From the NCBI GenBank assembly GCA_046314415.1, contig JBKBWT010000001.1:1160-52062 (forward strand): a DNA stretch of 50,903 nucleotides. Direction: 5' to 3'. Under the pieces are notes generated by a model. That model had not been told where the DNA came from, made no database searches, and worked only from the letters and a program-made list of their open reading frames with translations. Shown here piece after piece: positions 9,801-17,208 of this stretch. Within the stretch, counting starts at the first letter, position 1; the number at the start of each line of letters is the position of its first letter. The position numbers were made by a program, and so were the translations under genes. Origin of the DNA: Saprospiraceae bacterium. Its GTDB lineage: Bacteria; Bacteroidota; Bacteroidia; Chitinophagales; Saprospiraceae.

Positions 9801-11029
9801 CCCTGACCTTCCGACTAAGCGGAGCAACGATTTTCGACATTCGCTATTCGGATGGTACTAATACCTTTACACTCAATGATATTTCCGATCGCTTTACGGT
9901 ACGGGTCGCGCCGCGGCGTACCACCACTTACACCATTACTTTCCTGTCAGTAGATGGCACCTCTTGTCCGGCACAATTAGGCAGCAACGCAACCGTGCAA
10001 GTGAGTACGCTTACTGCCGATGCAAGGGTGGTGACGAATTATTTCGGTTTTGGAGTGAGTTGTTTCCAAGCAGCGGATGGTAGTATTCGTGCTGAAGCTG
10101 CCAATGGCATTGTACCCATCACCTATCGGTGGAATACCGGCGCTACTACGCAACAAGTATCCAGTCTTCCGGCAGGCAACTACAGCGTTACCCTCACCGA
10201 TGCCGCAGGATGCAACGCCGTTGATTCGGTTACACTCACCGAACCACAAGCAATCAGGGTCAGCAACAGCACGCGCAGTCCCGTTTGTGCCCGTGATAAA
10301 AATGGAATCATCCGTATTGACAGTATCAGCGGTGGTGCAGCGCCCTTCGAAGTTTCGCTCAATGGTACATCTTATCGGAGTATAAATGGATTCCCATATA
10401 GTATTAATAATCTGGCAGCAGGCAATTACCGGGTGTTCGTGCGCGATGCCAACGACTGCGAAATCACTTTTAACACCGCTATTCTCGCTCCTTCAGAACC
10501 AAAAGTAGATTTAGGACCTGATCTTACCATAAAACTGGGCGATAGTGTAGAATTAGTAGGGCTAACAAACTTTGATCCAAGTAAAATAGAATGGCGTCCT
10601 GCTGATTCGGTATCAACGCCCAACGCGCTGCGCACTTTTGTAAGCCCGATAGAAACAACTACCTATGCGCTGACCATTTCCGATACTTCGGGGTGTACGG
10701 CGACCGATCAAATAACCGTTTTTATCAATCGCGCGCGCAATGTATTCATTCCGACGGCTTTCTCGCCCGATGGCGATGGTATCAATGATTTCTTTGTAAT
10801 CAATGCCGGCGATGACGTGGTGCGAATTAAAGAACTGCGTATTTTTGATCGCTGGGGCAATATGATGTTTCGACGTGGTGCATTCCAACCCAACGACCCG
10901 CAATTCGGTTGGAACGGTACCTTCAATGGCAGAGAAGTCAACATCGGCGTATATGTGTATTACCTGGAAATAGAATTCATCGACGGATTCGTAGAAATAT
11001 TTGAAGGGGATATTACGGTAGTGCGCTAA
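3806..11029 (+). CDS. giant (2407-aa) secreted repeat protein, adhesin-like, with a T9SS type B (gliding-motility-associated / CHU_C) C-terminal sorting domain
   Basis: Signal peptide MRIFIICLFFLCLTNIVQAQ. After a Gly/Cys-rich N-terminal domain come 3 Ig-like units, 7 x ~76-aa units (nt 5030-6631), SprB-type repeats and 13 x 54-aa two-Cys units (nt 7640-9748). The C-terminus NVFIPTAFSPDGDGINDFF...FDRWGN...GWNG...YVYYL...GDITVVR matches the type B CTD pattern. Confidence 0.9.
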   Translation: MRIFIICLFFLCLTNIVQAQLVTIYSEDFSTYPDGTTGGDRWNGDGSDCDGTGASRVGVFSGRFEWRDMEGSCGGAGCLGGGQTDNVFEVGPIEINGCNVTASISLGGAGGFECDSPGAPLFSCNNSHDQLVVEYSVNGGPYQLFPGGYICGGGGLGTKTITGIVGNTLSIRVTGGNKAVDETYFIDNIVIRGNSTATVAITGPTSVCDGGSINLSASPGFADYTWSNGDNGQTIQVTAPGTYTVTATTAGGCRATATRNITLAPAPVVTITGTTQLCDGGNGTLTVTQNFSNYEWNTGQTGRTITIDAPGTYEVTVTDANGCIGRRSFTVNGGSPPNVTINPAGGQTSICLGSTLNLTATGAGITSYRWSNGATTAINNINRGGTYTVTVTNALGCGNEASIDIDENVRPTLNAIGTQNACGLYELPPITGTNLTGNELYYTAPNGGGQTFSPGDEITTTRLLYIFDGFPGCTAQTTFQVIVTPKPELNDIPDQNACDAYVLPQITGSTLTNGRAYYTGTNGTGTRFLPGDTIRTNRNLFIYDGTATCNDQESFSITVTPGPRVNDLRDTSICGGFTLPAITGTNLTPGASAYYTGPGATGTRFNPGNRITSSQTLYIYNGTATCFNEQTVRINITNGPQINPIQDTTVCNAFTLPTITGTNLSGNQAYFTASGGTGTRLNPGTVINTSQTLYVFDNDGICAQQDTFTVTIATTPTVNDLADVTQCSFYVLPTITGNNLTGNQAYFTQSNGGGIRFVAGDTIQTNTNLFIYDGATGCSDEESVMITILQAPVFTPINDQTTCALYVLPSINGTGLSGNQAYFTQPDGRGTRLVAGDTIQTTGTFYIFDDNGSCAAQDEFTLTIQPAPVLNPISDLSACEQLILPAIQGTNLTNNAAYFTQPNSAGTRFAPGDTIKTTTTLYAFNSNGSCTTQDTFLATIHVNPTASIRTKNVTCNAGQDGTMEVIVLGNAPFRFDWNGTTLDGQQNITNVAAGDYQVMVTDSNNCSTIVTTTITEPVPLELRCAAQSPASATNAADGSAQVILTNGTAPFQLTWSGASPGTRTVNAADTVTIANLAGGTYDLTLTDANGCTTTCSFAIGILGCNVTIDLTGTDATCASENNGSILTTITGAAQPIRYDWNVDSLDGTKDPTGLAPGNYRLTATDSNNCIINGDVQIGTQFPSPDVTISYSSIVCEDDCFNLDIELTGTPPFSIDYQISTNTGPIARTININSNRDTLAICPADFRITDGFLILQLLRLRDANCETSLNRTDTLVIKPISRDTVALTLCSTDSLVINGQVFNQAVPQGEVRLFGDAANGCDSIITVNLSFYPPAVFDLNQTICETDSILVNGTVYNRNNPRGTETLIGAAEHGCDSIVNINLQFFPPVTFTLNSTICETDSIVVNGRVYNQNNPQGTETLVGAAANGCDSIVNINLQFFPRVTFDLNQTICESDSLIVNGTVYNQLNTSGVETLVGVAANGCDSIININLQFFPRATFDLNQTICENDSIVVNGRVYNRTNPSGTEILNNASVNGCDSVININLQFFTQVTFDLNQTICTTDSIVVNGTVYNQNNPRGTEIFVGGSATGCDSLVNVNLQFFPTAVFDLNSTLCEGDSIIVNGKVYNQAKPSGTELIPGSSINSCDSIINVQLTFLEIARTNIDTTLCPGESLVVNGTTYNANRTVGTEIIQGGAANGCDSIVEVRLQFFAPAVFELNPTICATDSIIVNGNVYNRATPSGTEKLLGASVTGCDSTVNINLQFFPTSETTIDTTLCTGETLTVNGTVYNEQNPRGTELLVGASANGCDSLINIRLNYLPPAIFNLNRTICEDDTIIVNGRTYNRLNPSGTETLIGASTNGCDSIININLSFFPRATFDLNRTLCAGDSIVMNGTVYNQNNPRGTEILAVASRNGCDSIVNINLQFLPAVRTTLDTVLCPGESLTVNGTTYNQSRLTGTEIIRGGARNGCDSIIQVNLRYRPAISGAIEGNATICAGDSTTLTFRLSGATIFDIRYSDGTNTFTLNDISDRFTVRVAPRRTTTYTITFLSVDGTSCPAQLGSNATVQVSTLTADARVVTNYFGFGVSCFQAADGSIRAEAANGIVPITYRWNTGATTQQVSSLPAGNYSVTLTDAAGCNAVDSVTLTEPQAIRVSNSTRSPVCARDKNGIIRIDSISGGAAPFEVSLNGTSYRSINGFPYSINNLAAGNYRVFVRDANDCEITFNTAILAPSEPKVDLGPDLTIKLGDSVELVGLTNFDPSKIEWRPADSVSTPNALRTFVSPIETTTYALTISDTSGCTATDQITVFINRARNVFIPTAFSPDGDGINDFFVINAGDDVVRIKELRIFDRWGNMMFRRGAFQPNDPQFGWNGTFNGREVNIGVYVYYLEIEFIDGFVEIFEGDITVVR

Positions 11030-11053
11030 AGCTTCCCTACCACTCCTTTGATT

Positions 11054-11100
11054 AAAAGCTTCATTTGATGACGAATAGTCTTCAGATGAAGCTTTTTTAT
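11054..11100 (+). terminator. rho-independent terminator of the giant gene
   Basis: AAAAGCTTCAT...ATGAAGCTTTT forms a stem of 10 or more bp and is followed by TTTTTATTT, 25 nt after the stop codon. Confidence 0.7.
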
Positions 11101-11163
11101 TTGCAATTGGCAAATCGCTCCTTCATTTTTGCTATTCACTTCTGGCAATTTTCCATTCATTAA

Positions 11164-11457
11164 TTGCAGCCACAAGATTATACTTTGTAGGTACGCAATC
11201 ATACTTTGCAGCTACACAATTACATTTTGCAGCTACACAATCATACTTTACAGTTACGTGATTACACTTTGCAGCTATACAATCATACTTTGCAGGTACG
11301 CAATTCTATTTTGCGGTCACACGATTATACTTTGCAGTCGTGCGATCATACTTTGCGGTTACGTGATTACATTTTGCAGCTACACGATTATACTTTGCAG
11401 CTACGCAATTACATTTTGCAGCTACGCGATCACATTTTGCAGTCATGCGATTCTATT
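11164..11457. repeat. tandem array of 14 imperfect copies of a 21-bp unit (consensus TTGCAGCTACRCRATYAYAYT)
   Basis: I counted the copies directly. The units are contiguous with exact 21-bp phasing from 11164 to 11457, and differences between units are mostly transitions. Confidence 0.95.
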
Positions 11458-11646
11458 TCACACTTGTCCGCGTAGCAATCACAGGATGATTTACCGGAAT
11501 TACAAAGCGTCATTCACTTGTCAAAACGCGTGGTTCTGGATTTTTTTAATCCTGGTTATTGGGAGAAATCCGGTGGGCAGGAATAAAAGCAAGCAAGTTT
11601 TTTGTAGATTTAACGTTTGTATAGTCGCAATTAATCAATACTGCCG

Positions 11647-12300
11647 ATGGCTTGGGGAAAGCCTTTTTTATACAGCTTGTTGCTAGCTTTGCTAGGGTAC
11701 GCTTTATGGTTCATAGAGCTTCATTACTGGATTGGCGGAGCCGATTTTGAATGGTTATCGTACGCGCAATATTCGATCTTCGTCATTGCAGCGCTGGTGG
11801 TGCTCGCTTATTTGTTGCCCTTGCGGTTGCTGGCAGACAAACCGTTGAATCATTTGGCGAAAGCCGGTGTGGAATTGTACTTCGTGGTATTGGCGGCGTA
11901 CTTTCTGGAAAAGCTGATTTTACTCACGCTGTTTACACAATTCTACGGCTTTTTAGATCGCGACTGGTTGCTTGTTTTACAAGTACTGGTGCTGGTAATG
12001 ACTTCCATGTCGTTTTATTTTATTACGCAACGCTGGCTGAAGCCTTTGCGGTGGCAACAGACTTTGGTGTTTCTGCTGGCGCTGTTATTGCCTTACCCCT
12101 TGAGTTTATTGACCCTGCGCTTACTGGCAAATCCAAGCGGGGAGTTTTCTTTCCTGGAGGCGACCCGACAAGGTTATCCGTTCTTTTGGATTATTTTATT
12201 AATGGGTATTGCGGGCATCTTTGCCATTCAGCATTTCAAAAAAGGCGTGGTAACGGCCACATCGGAAGATATTTTGGACGACCTGGGCGATGAAGAATAG
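11647..12300 (+). CDS. hypothetical polytopic membrane protein
   Basis: 217-aa ORF with an ATG start, about 6 hydrophobic segments and an acidic tail DILDDLGDEE. I recognise no family. Confidence 0.6.
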   Translation: MAWGKPFLYSLLLALLGYALWFIELHYWIGGADFEWLSYAQYSIFVIAALVVLAYLLPLRLLADKPLNHLAKAGVELYFVVLAAYFLEKLILLTLFTQFYGFLDRDWLLVLQVLVLVMTSMSFYFITQRWLKPLRWQQTLVFLLALLLPYPLSLLTLRLLANPSGEFSFLEATRQGYPFFWIILLMGIAGIFAIQHFKKGVVTATSEDILDDLGDEE

Positions 12301-12454
12301 GAGAAGGGGATTTATTAGTTGCAATTGCATGCACTAGCATGTTAAACACATTAAATTGAAATGTTAAATTGCACACAAGGAGCACTTTTGTCCTGTATTA
12401 ATATAATACCGCTCTCTCTTGGCTGTGGAAATTTTGTTTAAGCAAAAGTTCTTT

Positions 12455-12664
12455 AAATGAAGGCTTTCTTACTTTTTGCATCGCCTAATCACATAATGAT
12501 TCCTTTGGGAAAGTAAGCAAATCAAACTCAGCAAACACCCTTGATCCACCGGATCAAGCACGCTCATGCTCGAACAGTGATTTGCCGGGCAGCCGCCACA
12601 GCAAATATTTCATATCAACTTATTGCTATACAAAAAGTAACTATTTCATTGCATTACGTTAAAA
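12455..12664 (+). repeat. structured intergenic repeat element, copy A (~210 bp)
   Basis: It shares identical 22-mer (12460-12481) and 29-mer (12571-12599) blocks plus the same hairpin architecture with copy B at 13623-13784. It lies upstream of the gene at 12796. Confidence 0.8.
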
Positions 12665-12795
12665 GCCATATACTAGATACAGCCTTGCTAGTTTGATTTA
12701 ATTTTCTGATTTTTATTTGTTTAACTTGGTTCGCTGGCTTGCTTGTCGTTCAATTCATAATTTTTTTTTAATTTTCCCCTGAAAACCGAATTATC

Positions 12796-13605
12796 ATGCT
12801 GAGAAAACTTGCCTTTTATTGTTTGCCAATCGTCGTTTTAAGCCTTGTAAGTTGTAATAACGATCGTAAAGCTGCGGAAAATGCTGCTTCTAAAGCGGTA
12901 GAACGCGTTGTAAATCAGGATTCTATCCGTCAACTATACGGAAAATTGATTCAAAATCGCCGGGATTCGATGCGTACCAAGCAAATTGTGGAAGTAGGCA
13001 AGCTGTATCCGGTGGATGAAGCCCCAACCGATACTTCTTTTTATGTGTTTCGCGAAGGTTTGAAGGACATCATTCAGCAACGTGATAAATTTCGACTGCT
13101 GGAAGTGGTAGATGCAAATATTCAGATTGATTTTGGCGGTCCGGCTGGCGTAGCGCCTTTTGTAGAAGCGTGGAACCTGGATAGTCCTAAAGATTCATCG
13201 GCGATTTGGTCCACGTTGGAAAATATTTTAGCCTTAGGCGGCACTTTTGATGGGGATAAACAAACTTTTATGGCGCCGTATTATACTGCAACTTTCCCAG
13301 ATACGTATGATGCCAGCAGTATGGGCGTGGTACTTGGGCAAGGCGTGCGCGTAAGAGCCGGAACGGATTTGAATAGCCAGATTTTAAAAACCATTTCTTA
13401 CGATATTTTGCCGGTACTTGACTGGGAAGTAAAACCAGATACGATAGATGGTGTAATGGATCAATGGGTGAAGGTAAAACTCTCGGAGAAACAGGAGGGT
13501 TTCATCTTTGGCAAATTTGTAGGTTCGCCGTATGATTATCGAGCTGTGTTTACCCGCCAACCGAATAGCACCTGGCATTTGACGGCTTTGGTGCATGGGG
13601 ATTGA
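12796..13605 (+). CDS. hypothetical lipoprotein (possible SH3b-like C-terminal domain)
   Basis: 269-aa ORF with a lipoprotein-type signal peptide (LPIVVLSLVSC). The C-terminal segment GVRVRAGTDLNSQILKTISYD...WVKVKL...GFIFGKFV resembles bacterial SH3 domains. Confidence 0.65.
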   Translation: MLRKLAFYCLPIVVLSLVSCNNDRKAAENAASKAVERVVNQDSIRQLYGKLIQNRRDSMRTKQIVEVGKLYPVDEAPTDTSFYVFREGLKDIIQQRDKFRLLEVVDANIQIDFGGPAGVAPFVEAWNLDSPKDSSAIWSTLENILALGGTFDGDKQTFMAPYYTATFPDTYDASSMGVVLGQGVRVRAGTDLNSQILKTISYDILPVLDWEVKPDTIDGVMDQWVKVKLSEKQEGFIFGKFVGSPYDYRAVFTRQPNSTWHLTALVHGD

Positions 13606-13622
13606 CTTGCGTAGTTTTTTCT

Positions 13623-13784
13623 AAATCAAGGCTTTCTTACTTTTTGCATTGCCCAAAAAGTAAGCAAAAACGCTAGGCAAATCAAACTCCTCCGTCGAAC
13701 AGTGATTTGCCGGGCAGCCGCCACGCTAAGTATTTCAGGTTAACTTATTACATGATAAAAAGTTACTTTTTCATTGCGTTAAGT
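13623..13784 (+). repeat. structured intergenic repeat element, copy B (~162 bp)
   Basis: See copy A. It has a perfect 11-bp hairpin CTTACTTTTTG/CAAAAAGTAAG (13636-13664) and a GGCAAATC/GATTTGCC stem (13676-13711). It lies upstream of the gene at 13831. Confidence 0.8.
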
Positions 13785-13830
13785 TGATACCACTACCCTG
13801 TGAGTTGACTTATTATTTTTATTTAGTTGA

Positions 13831-14460
13831 TTGTCATTTTCTCATTTAATCTCTAAAATAGACGTAGATAGAATCGTTTCGGAAAAAGTTAGTAATGCAG
13901 ACATTATGGAAATTATTGCAGTTGACGCAGCGGGGAATATTTCAGCAAAAGTATTAAAGCAATACGGTGGCGCTTTTACCTGGAAAGCGGCGTTGCAAAT
14001 GCGGGGTGTTGGTTCACCAAAAGTGATTTATCAGGCAGGGGTAGCAGCTTTTGATGCTTTAAATGCATTCAATGAAAATGAATTACTGTTTGCCAATTTT
14101 GAAATACTACCGCAGGGGTTACTCATTCGTATTAATAAAAGCCAATTGTTAAAAGCAGGTATCCTTCCGAAGAAAGCGCTGTTACAAATTGTACTTACCG
14201 GTTTTCAAGTTGCACTTCGCTATCGTTCTTTTGCGGGTATTGTTAAGACTAAAATAGTGCATAAAGGTATTTTGGAAATTGACGGGCAAGACGGGCAAAC
14301 CGTGCGTTTTGAAGTTCCGGTGAGTGTTTTCAAAGCTACGTTGCAGTTTTTTCAAAAAGATTTTTTCCAGGATAGTTTTACTTACGTCGAAAGTGAAAAT
14401 CCTCCCCTGGTAGATGAAACCCAAGTTTGGCTGGATAACTTGCTGGGTAGGTGGTTTTAA
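13831..14460 (+). CDS. hypothetical protein (start uncertain: TTG at 13831, or in-frame ATG at 13906)
   Basis: 209-aa ORF with no recognisable family. The track start codon is TTG, and the first in-frame ATG gives 184 aa. Confidence 0.5.
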   Translation: MSFSHLISKIDVDRIVSEKVSNADIMEIIAVDAAGNISAKVLKQYGGAFTWKAALQMRGVGSPKVIYQAGVAAFDALNAFNENELLFANFEILPQGLLIRINKSQLLKAGILPKKALLQIVLTGFQVALRYRSFAGIVKTKIVHKGILEIDGQDGQTVRFEVPVSVFKATLQFFQKDFFQDSFTYVESENPPLVDETQVWLDNLLGRWF

Positions 14461-14525
14461 AAAGCACTGCTTTGCGCTTCTTTCATACTCCAGCATTTAA
14501 TCCACGATGCACACTCATACCAAAT

Positions 14526-14567
14526 GTGAAATATGAAAAGTGAAATATGAAAAGTGAAATATGAAAT
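14526..14567. repeat. 3 x 14-bp tandem repeat GTGAAATATGAAAA
   Basis: Read directly from the sequence. It is intergenic, upstream of the NhaD-like gene. Confidence 0.9.
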
Positions 14568-14879
14568 TTTAAATAATTGGGAATCAGTACTTTATTTGAT
14601 TATCAATCCGCCATGATTCATTTAAACTGGTATTAGAGCATGGATTAGATTGGATAAAAATAAATTGCATCAGCAGGGGTGGTATAGTAGAATGCTTGGT
14701 GTGCAGTGTGTTCTTCGCGGTTATAATATGCTCTTTATCAATATTTTAAACATACACTTAGGTACTTTCCTCATCTGATAAAATTTAATTTCGCCTTTTT
14801 AAAAAAAATCGGAAGACCCTGCTTACATTTCGTACATCAAAACAAACGAATTTCTACAAACCATTAACAAACTATCATT

Positions 14880-16247
14880 ATGCTTGCTGCAGTTGTTGCT
14901 TGCTTTGTCATTGGGTATCTGGTGATTGCTTTTGAGCATCCGCTTCGACTGGATAAAACCGTACCCGCCTTACTAATGGGCGCGATCTGCTGGTCGCTGA
15001 TTGCGCTGGGTCATTTGGATGTAATTGATCACAACGATCAGATTGTATCGGCGCATGGCGCTGCCGGTGCTAATTATATAGATGGACTGGTGGGGGTGCT
15101 GCTGCATCATGTCGGTAAAATCGCCGAGATTTTGCTCTTTCTCATTGGTGCAATGACGATTGTGGAATTGGTGGATTTGCATCAGGGTTTTTCGGTGATT
15201 ACCAACCGCATTACGACCAATAATAAGCGCCAGATGCTGATCATTATTTCCGTATTGGCGTTCTTTCTGTCGGCAGTACTCGATAATCTGACAACCACCA
15301 TTGTGATGATTTCTTTGATACGACGTCTGGTGGATGATCGGAACGAGCGGCTGTGGTTTGCAAGTATTGTGGTCATTGCAGCAAATGCCGGTGGTGCTTG
15401 GACACCCATTGGGGATGTAACGACGACCATGCTTTGGATTGGTAAGAAGATTTCGACCGTAGAGGTAATGAAGAATTTGTTCCTTCCTTCGGTTGTTTGT
15501 TTGCTGGTGCCCTTAGCTTTGGTAATGATGCGCAAGGAATTCAAAGGGAGTTTTGCCACGCCTGGTCTGGTGAATGGTAATATTCGGGAGAAACAAGGTT
15601 TATTAAGCAGTCAGATCATGTTAACCACGGGTCTGGGTGCTTTGATATTCGTACCGATTTTTAAATCCGTAACGCATTTGCCGCCTTATCTGGGTATGAT
15701 GCTGGGATTGGGTATTACGTGGCTGGTTTCAGAATACATTCATCCGGAAGAAGATTTTTCGGAAGAGCGCAAGCAAAAATATTCGGCGCGGCATGCCTTG
15801 TCGCGTATTGAAATGTCGAGCATTCTCTTTTTTGCGGGTATTCTGTTGACCATTGCTGCACTTGAATCCATGGCAGTTTTCCACGATGGCAAAGCCGTTG
15901 GTTATCTACACCAGGTGGCGGAGAATCTACACGTAGCCGTACCGAATGAAGATATTGTGATTATTCTGATTGGTATGCTTTCGGCAGTGATAGACAATGT
16001 GCCACTGGTTGCCGCTACGATGGGCATGTACACAAACCCGATGGATGCAGAACTTTGGCATTTTATTGCTTACTCAGCCGGTACAGGTGGTAGTATTCTC
16101 ATCATTGGCTCGGCGGCAGGCGTAGCAGCAATGGGTTTAGAGCGGATTGATTTCATCTGGTATTTGAAAAATATTGCCTGGATTGCCTTTCTCGGTTTTA
16201 TTGCCGGGGCGGGCGTGTTTATTGTCTGGCATGCGCTGGTGAATTGA
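14880..16247 (+). CDS. nhaD: NhaD-type Na+/H+ antiporter (ArsB/NhaD permease superfamily)
   Basis: 455-aa polytopic ORF with two VLDNLTTT / VIDNVPLV re-entrant-type motifs. Length and N-terminus are typical of NhaD family antiporters. Confidence 0.75.
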   Translation: MLAAVVACFVIGYLVIAFEHPLRLDKTVPALLMGAICWSLIALGHLDVIDHNDQIVSAHGAAGANYIDGLVGVLLHHVGKIAEILLFLIGAMTIVELVDLHQGFSVITNRITTNNKRQMLIIISVLAFFLSAVLDNLTTTIVMISLIRRLVDDRNERLWFASIVVIAANAGGAWTPIGDVTTTMLWIGKKISTVEVMKNLFLPSVVCLLVPLALVMMRKEFKGSFATPGLVNGNIREKQGLLSSQIMLTTGLGALIFVPIFKSVTHLPPYLGMMLGLGITWLVSEYIHPEEDFSEERKQKYSARHALSRIEMSSILFFAGILLTIAALESMAVFHDGKAVGYLHQVAENLHVAVPNEDIVIILIGMLSAVIDNVPLVAATMGMYTNPMDAELWHFIAYSAGTGGSILIIGSAAGVAAMGLERIDFIWYLKNIAWIAFLGFIAGAGVFIVWHALVN

Positions 16248-16278
16248 TCTTTCAGCATCAATTCTTTTTAGCAAAACG

Positions 16279-16315
16279 AAAGTTCATCGCTTCAGGTGGT
16301 GAACTTTTGTTGTTT
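16279..16315 (+). terminator. rho-independent terminator after the NhaD-like gene
   Basis: AAAGTTCA ... TGAACTTT forms an 8-bp stem and is followed by TGTTGTTT. Confidence 0.55.
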
Positions 16316-16415
16316 AATACCCTCCTATTTCTACGATAGCGAAAATTTAAATAGTCCTGTTTTAAACGGCAAACAATTGAGCTACCTAGCTTTTGTATAA
16401 AAAACAAGCTGTAAG

Positions 16416-17150
16416 TTGCTCATGGTAAAAAATCAATCTGCCCAATCAACCCAAACCCACTCAGAAAAACATCCATCCTCGAGCAAATGGATTTACATCC
16501 TTTCGGGGAGTCTGCTTGCCATTGCTATTACCAGTTATTTCTTTATTCCTGATTTTCAAGCTTTTGTTAATAAGACCTATAACATTCTTACCAGTAATGA
16601 CCGGAAGCAGATTTCCGAATACATAAGCAATTTTGGATTTTGGGGACCCGTGGTCATCATTTTGGTCATGGTGGTTCAAATGTTCCTGATTGTCATTCCT
16701 TCCTGGCTACTTATGATAGTGTCGGTGCTGGCATACGGGCAATTTTGGGGTGTAGTGTTATCGGTAGCAGCAGTCGGTGTGGCAGCCACCATTGCCTATT
16801 TTATCGGCAAGGCATTGAATGAAGCAGCCATCGGTAAATTGCTTGGCATTAAAACCGAACGAAAAATGCAAGCTTATTTGGAGCAGTATGGTTTTGGAGC
16901 GGTGATCATTTTTCGTTTGGCACCTTTTTTATCCAATGATGCTATTAGTTTCATCAGTGGGATGCTGCGCATGAGCTATTGGAAATTCATGGGTGCGACG
17001 ATGTTGGGTATTATTCCTTTATCGATTTTGATTGCTTTATTTGGTAAAAATACCGATCAATTAAAATCTGGCTTACTGTGGATTGGCGGTGTCTGTCTGC
17101 TTTTATACATTGGATATATTTTTTATGAACAGCGGAAAAAAAAGCACTGA
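16416..17150 (+). CDS. TVP38/TMEM64 (DedA-related, VTT domain) family membrane protein
   Basis: 244-aa ORF. The motifs FRLAPFLSNDAISFISGM and GATMLGIIP are typical of the family. The track start is TTG, and an ATG at 16422 is more likely. Confidence 0.8.
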   Translation: MLMVKNQSAQSTQTHSEKHPSSSKWIYILSGSLLAIAITSYFFIPDFQAFVNKTYNILTSNDRKQISEYISNFGFWGPVVIILVMVVQMFLIVIPSWLLMIVSVLAYGQFWGVVLSVAAVGVAATIAYFIGKALNEAAIGKLLGIKTERKMQAYLEQYGFGAVIIFRLAPFLSNDAISFISGMLRMSYWKFMGATMLGIIPLSILIALFGKNTDQLKSGLLWIGGVCLLLYIGYIFYEQRKKKH

Positions 17151-17208
17151 TCCTTTTCTTTTGAAAATGTCTATTTTTACTCAAAGTTAAGATCGCAACT
17201 GAACACCT

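Noticed and set aside
10613-11113. 166-aa minus-strand ORF overlapping the 3' end of the giant gene and its terminator
   Set aside because: It overlaps the well-supported type B CTD coding region and crosses a terminator hairpin. It has no motifs.
11164-11457. Possible CRISPR array
   Set aside because: The units are contiguous 21-mers with no unique spacers between them, and the window has no cas genes. It is a simple tandem repeat.
11129-11686. 185-aa ORF (and overlapping 89-aa ORF 11206..11475) encoding heptad-like YTIILCS repeats
   Set aside because: Both frames are open only because the 21-bp tandem unit lacks stop codons in them. The ORF has a TTG start, Cys/Ile/Tyr-rich nonsense composition and a second frame open at the same time. 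I treat it as a repeat artefact rather than a gene.
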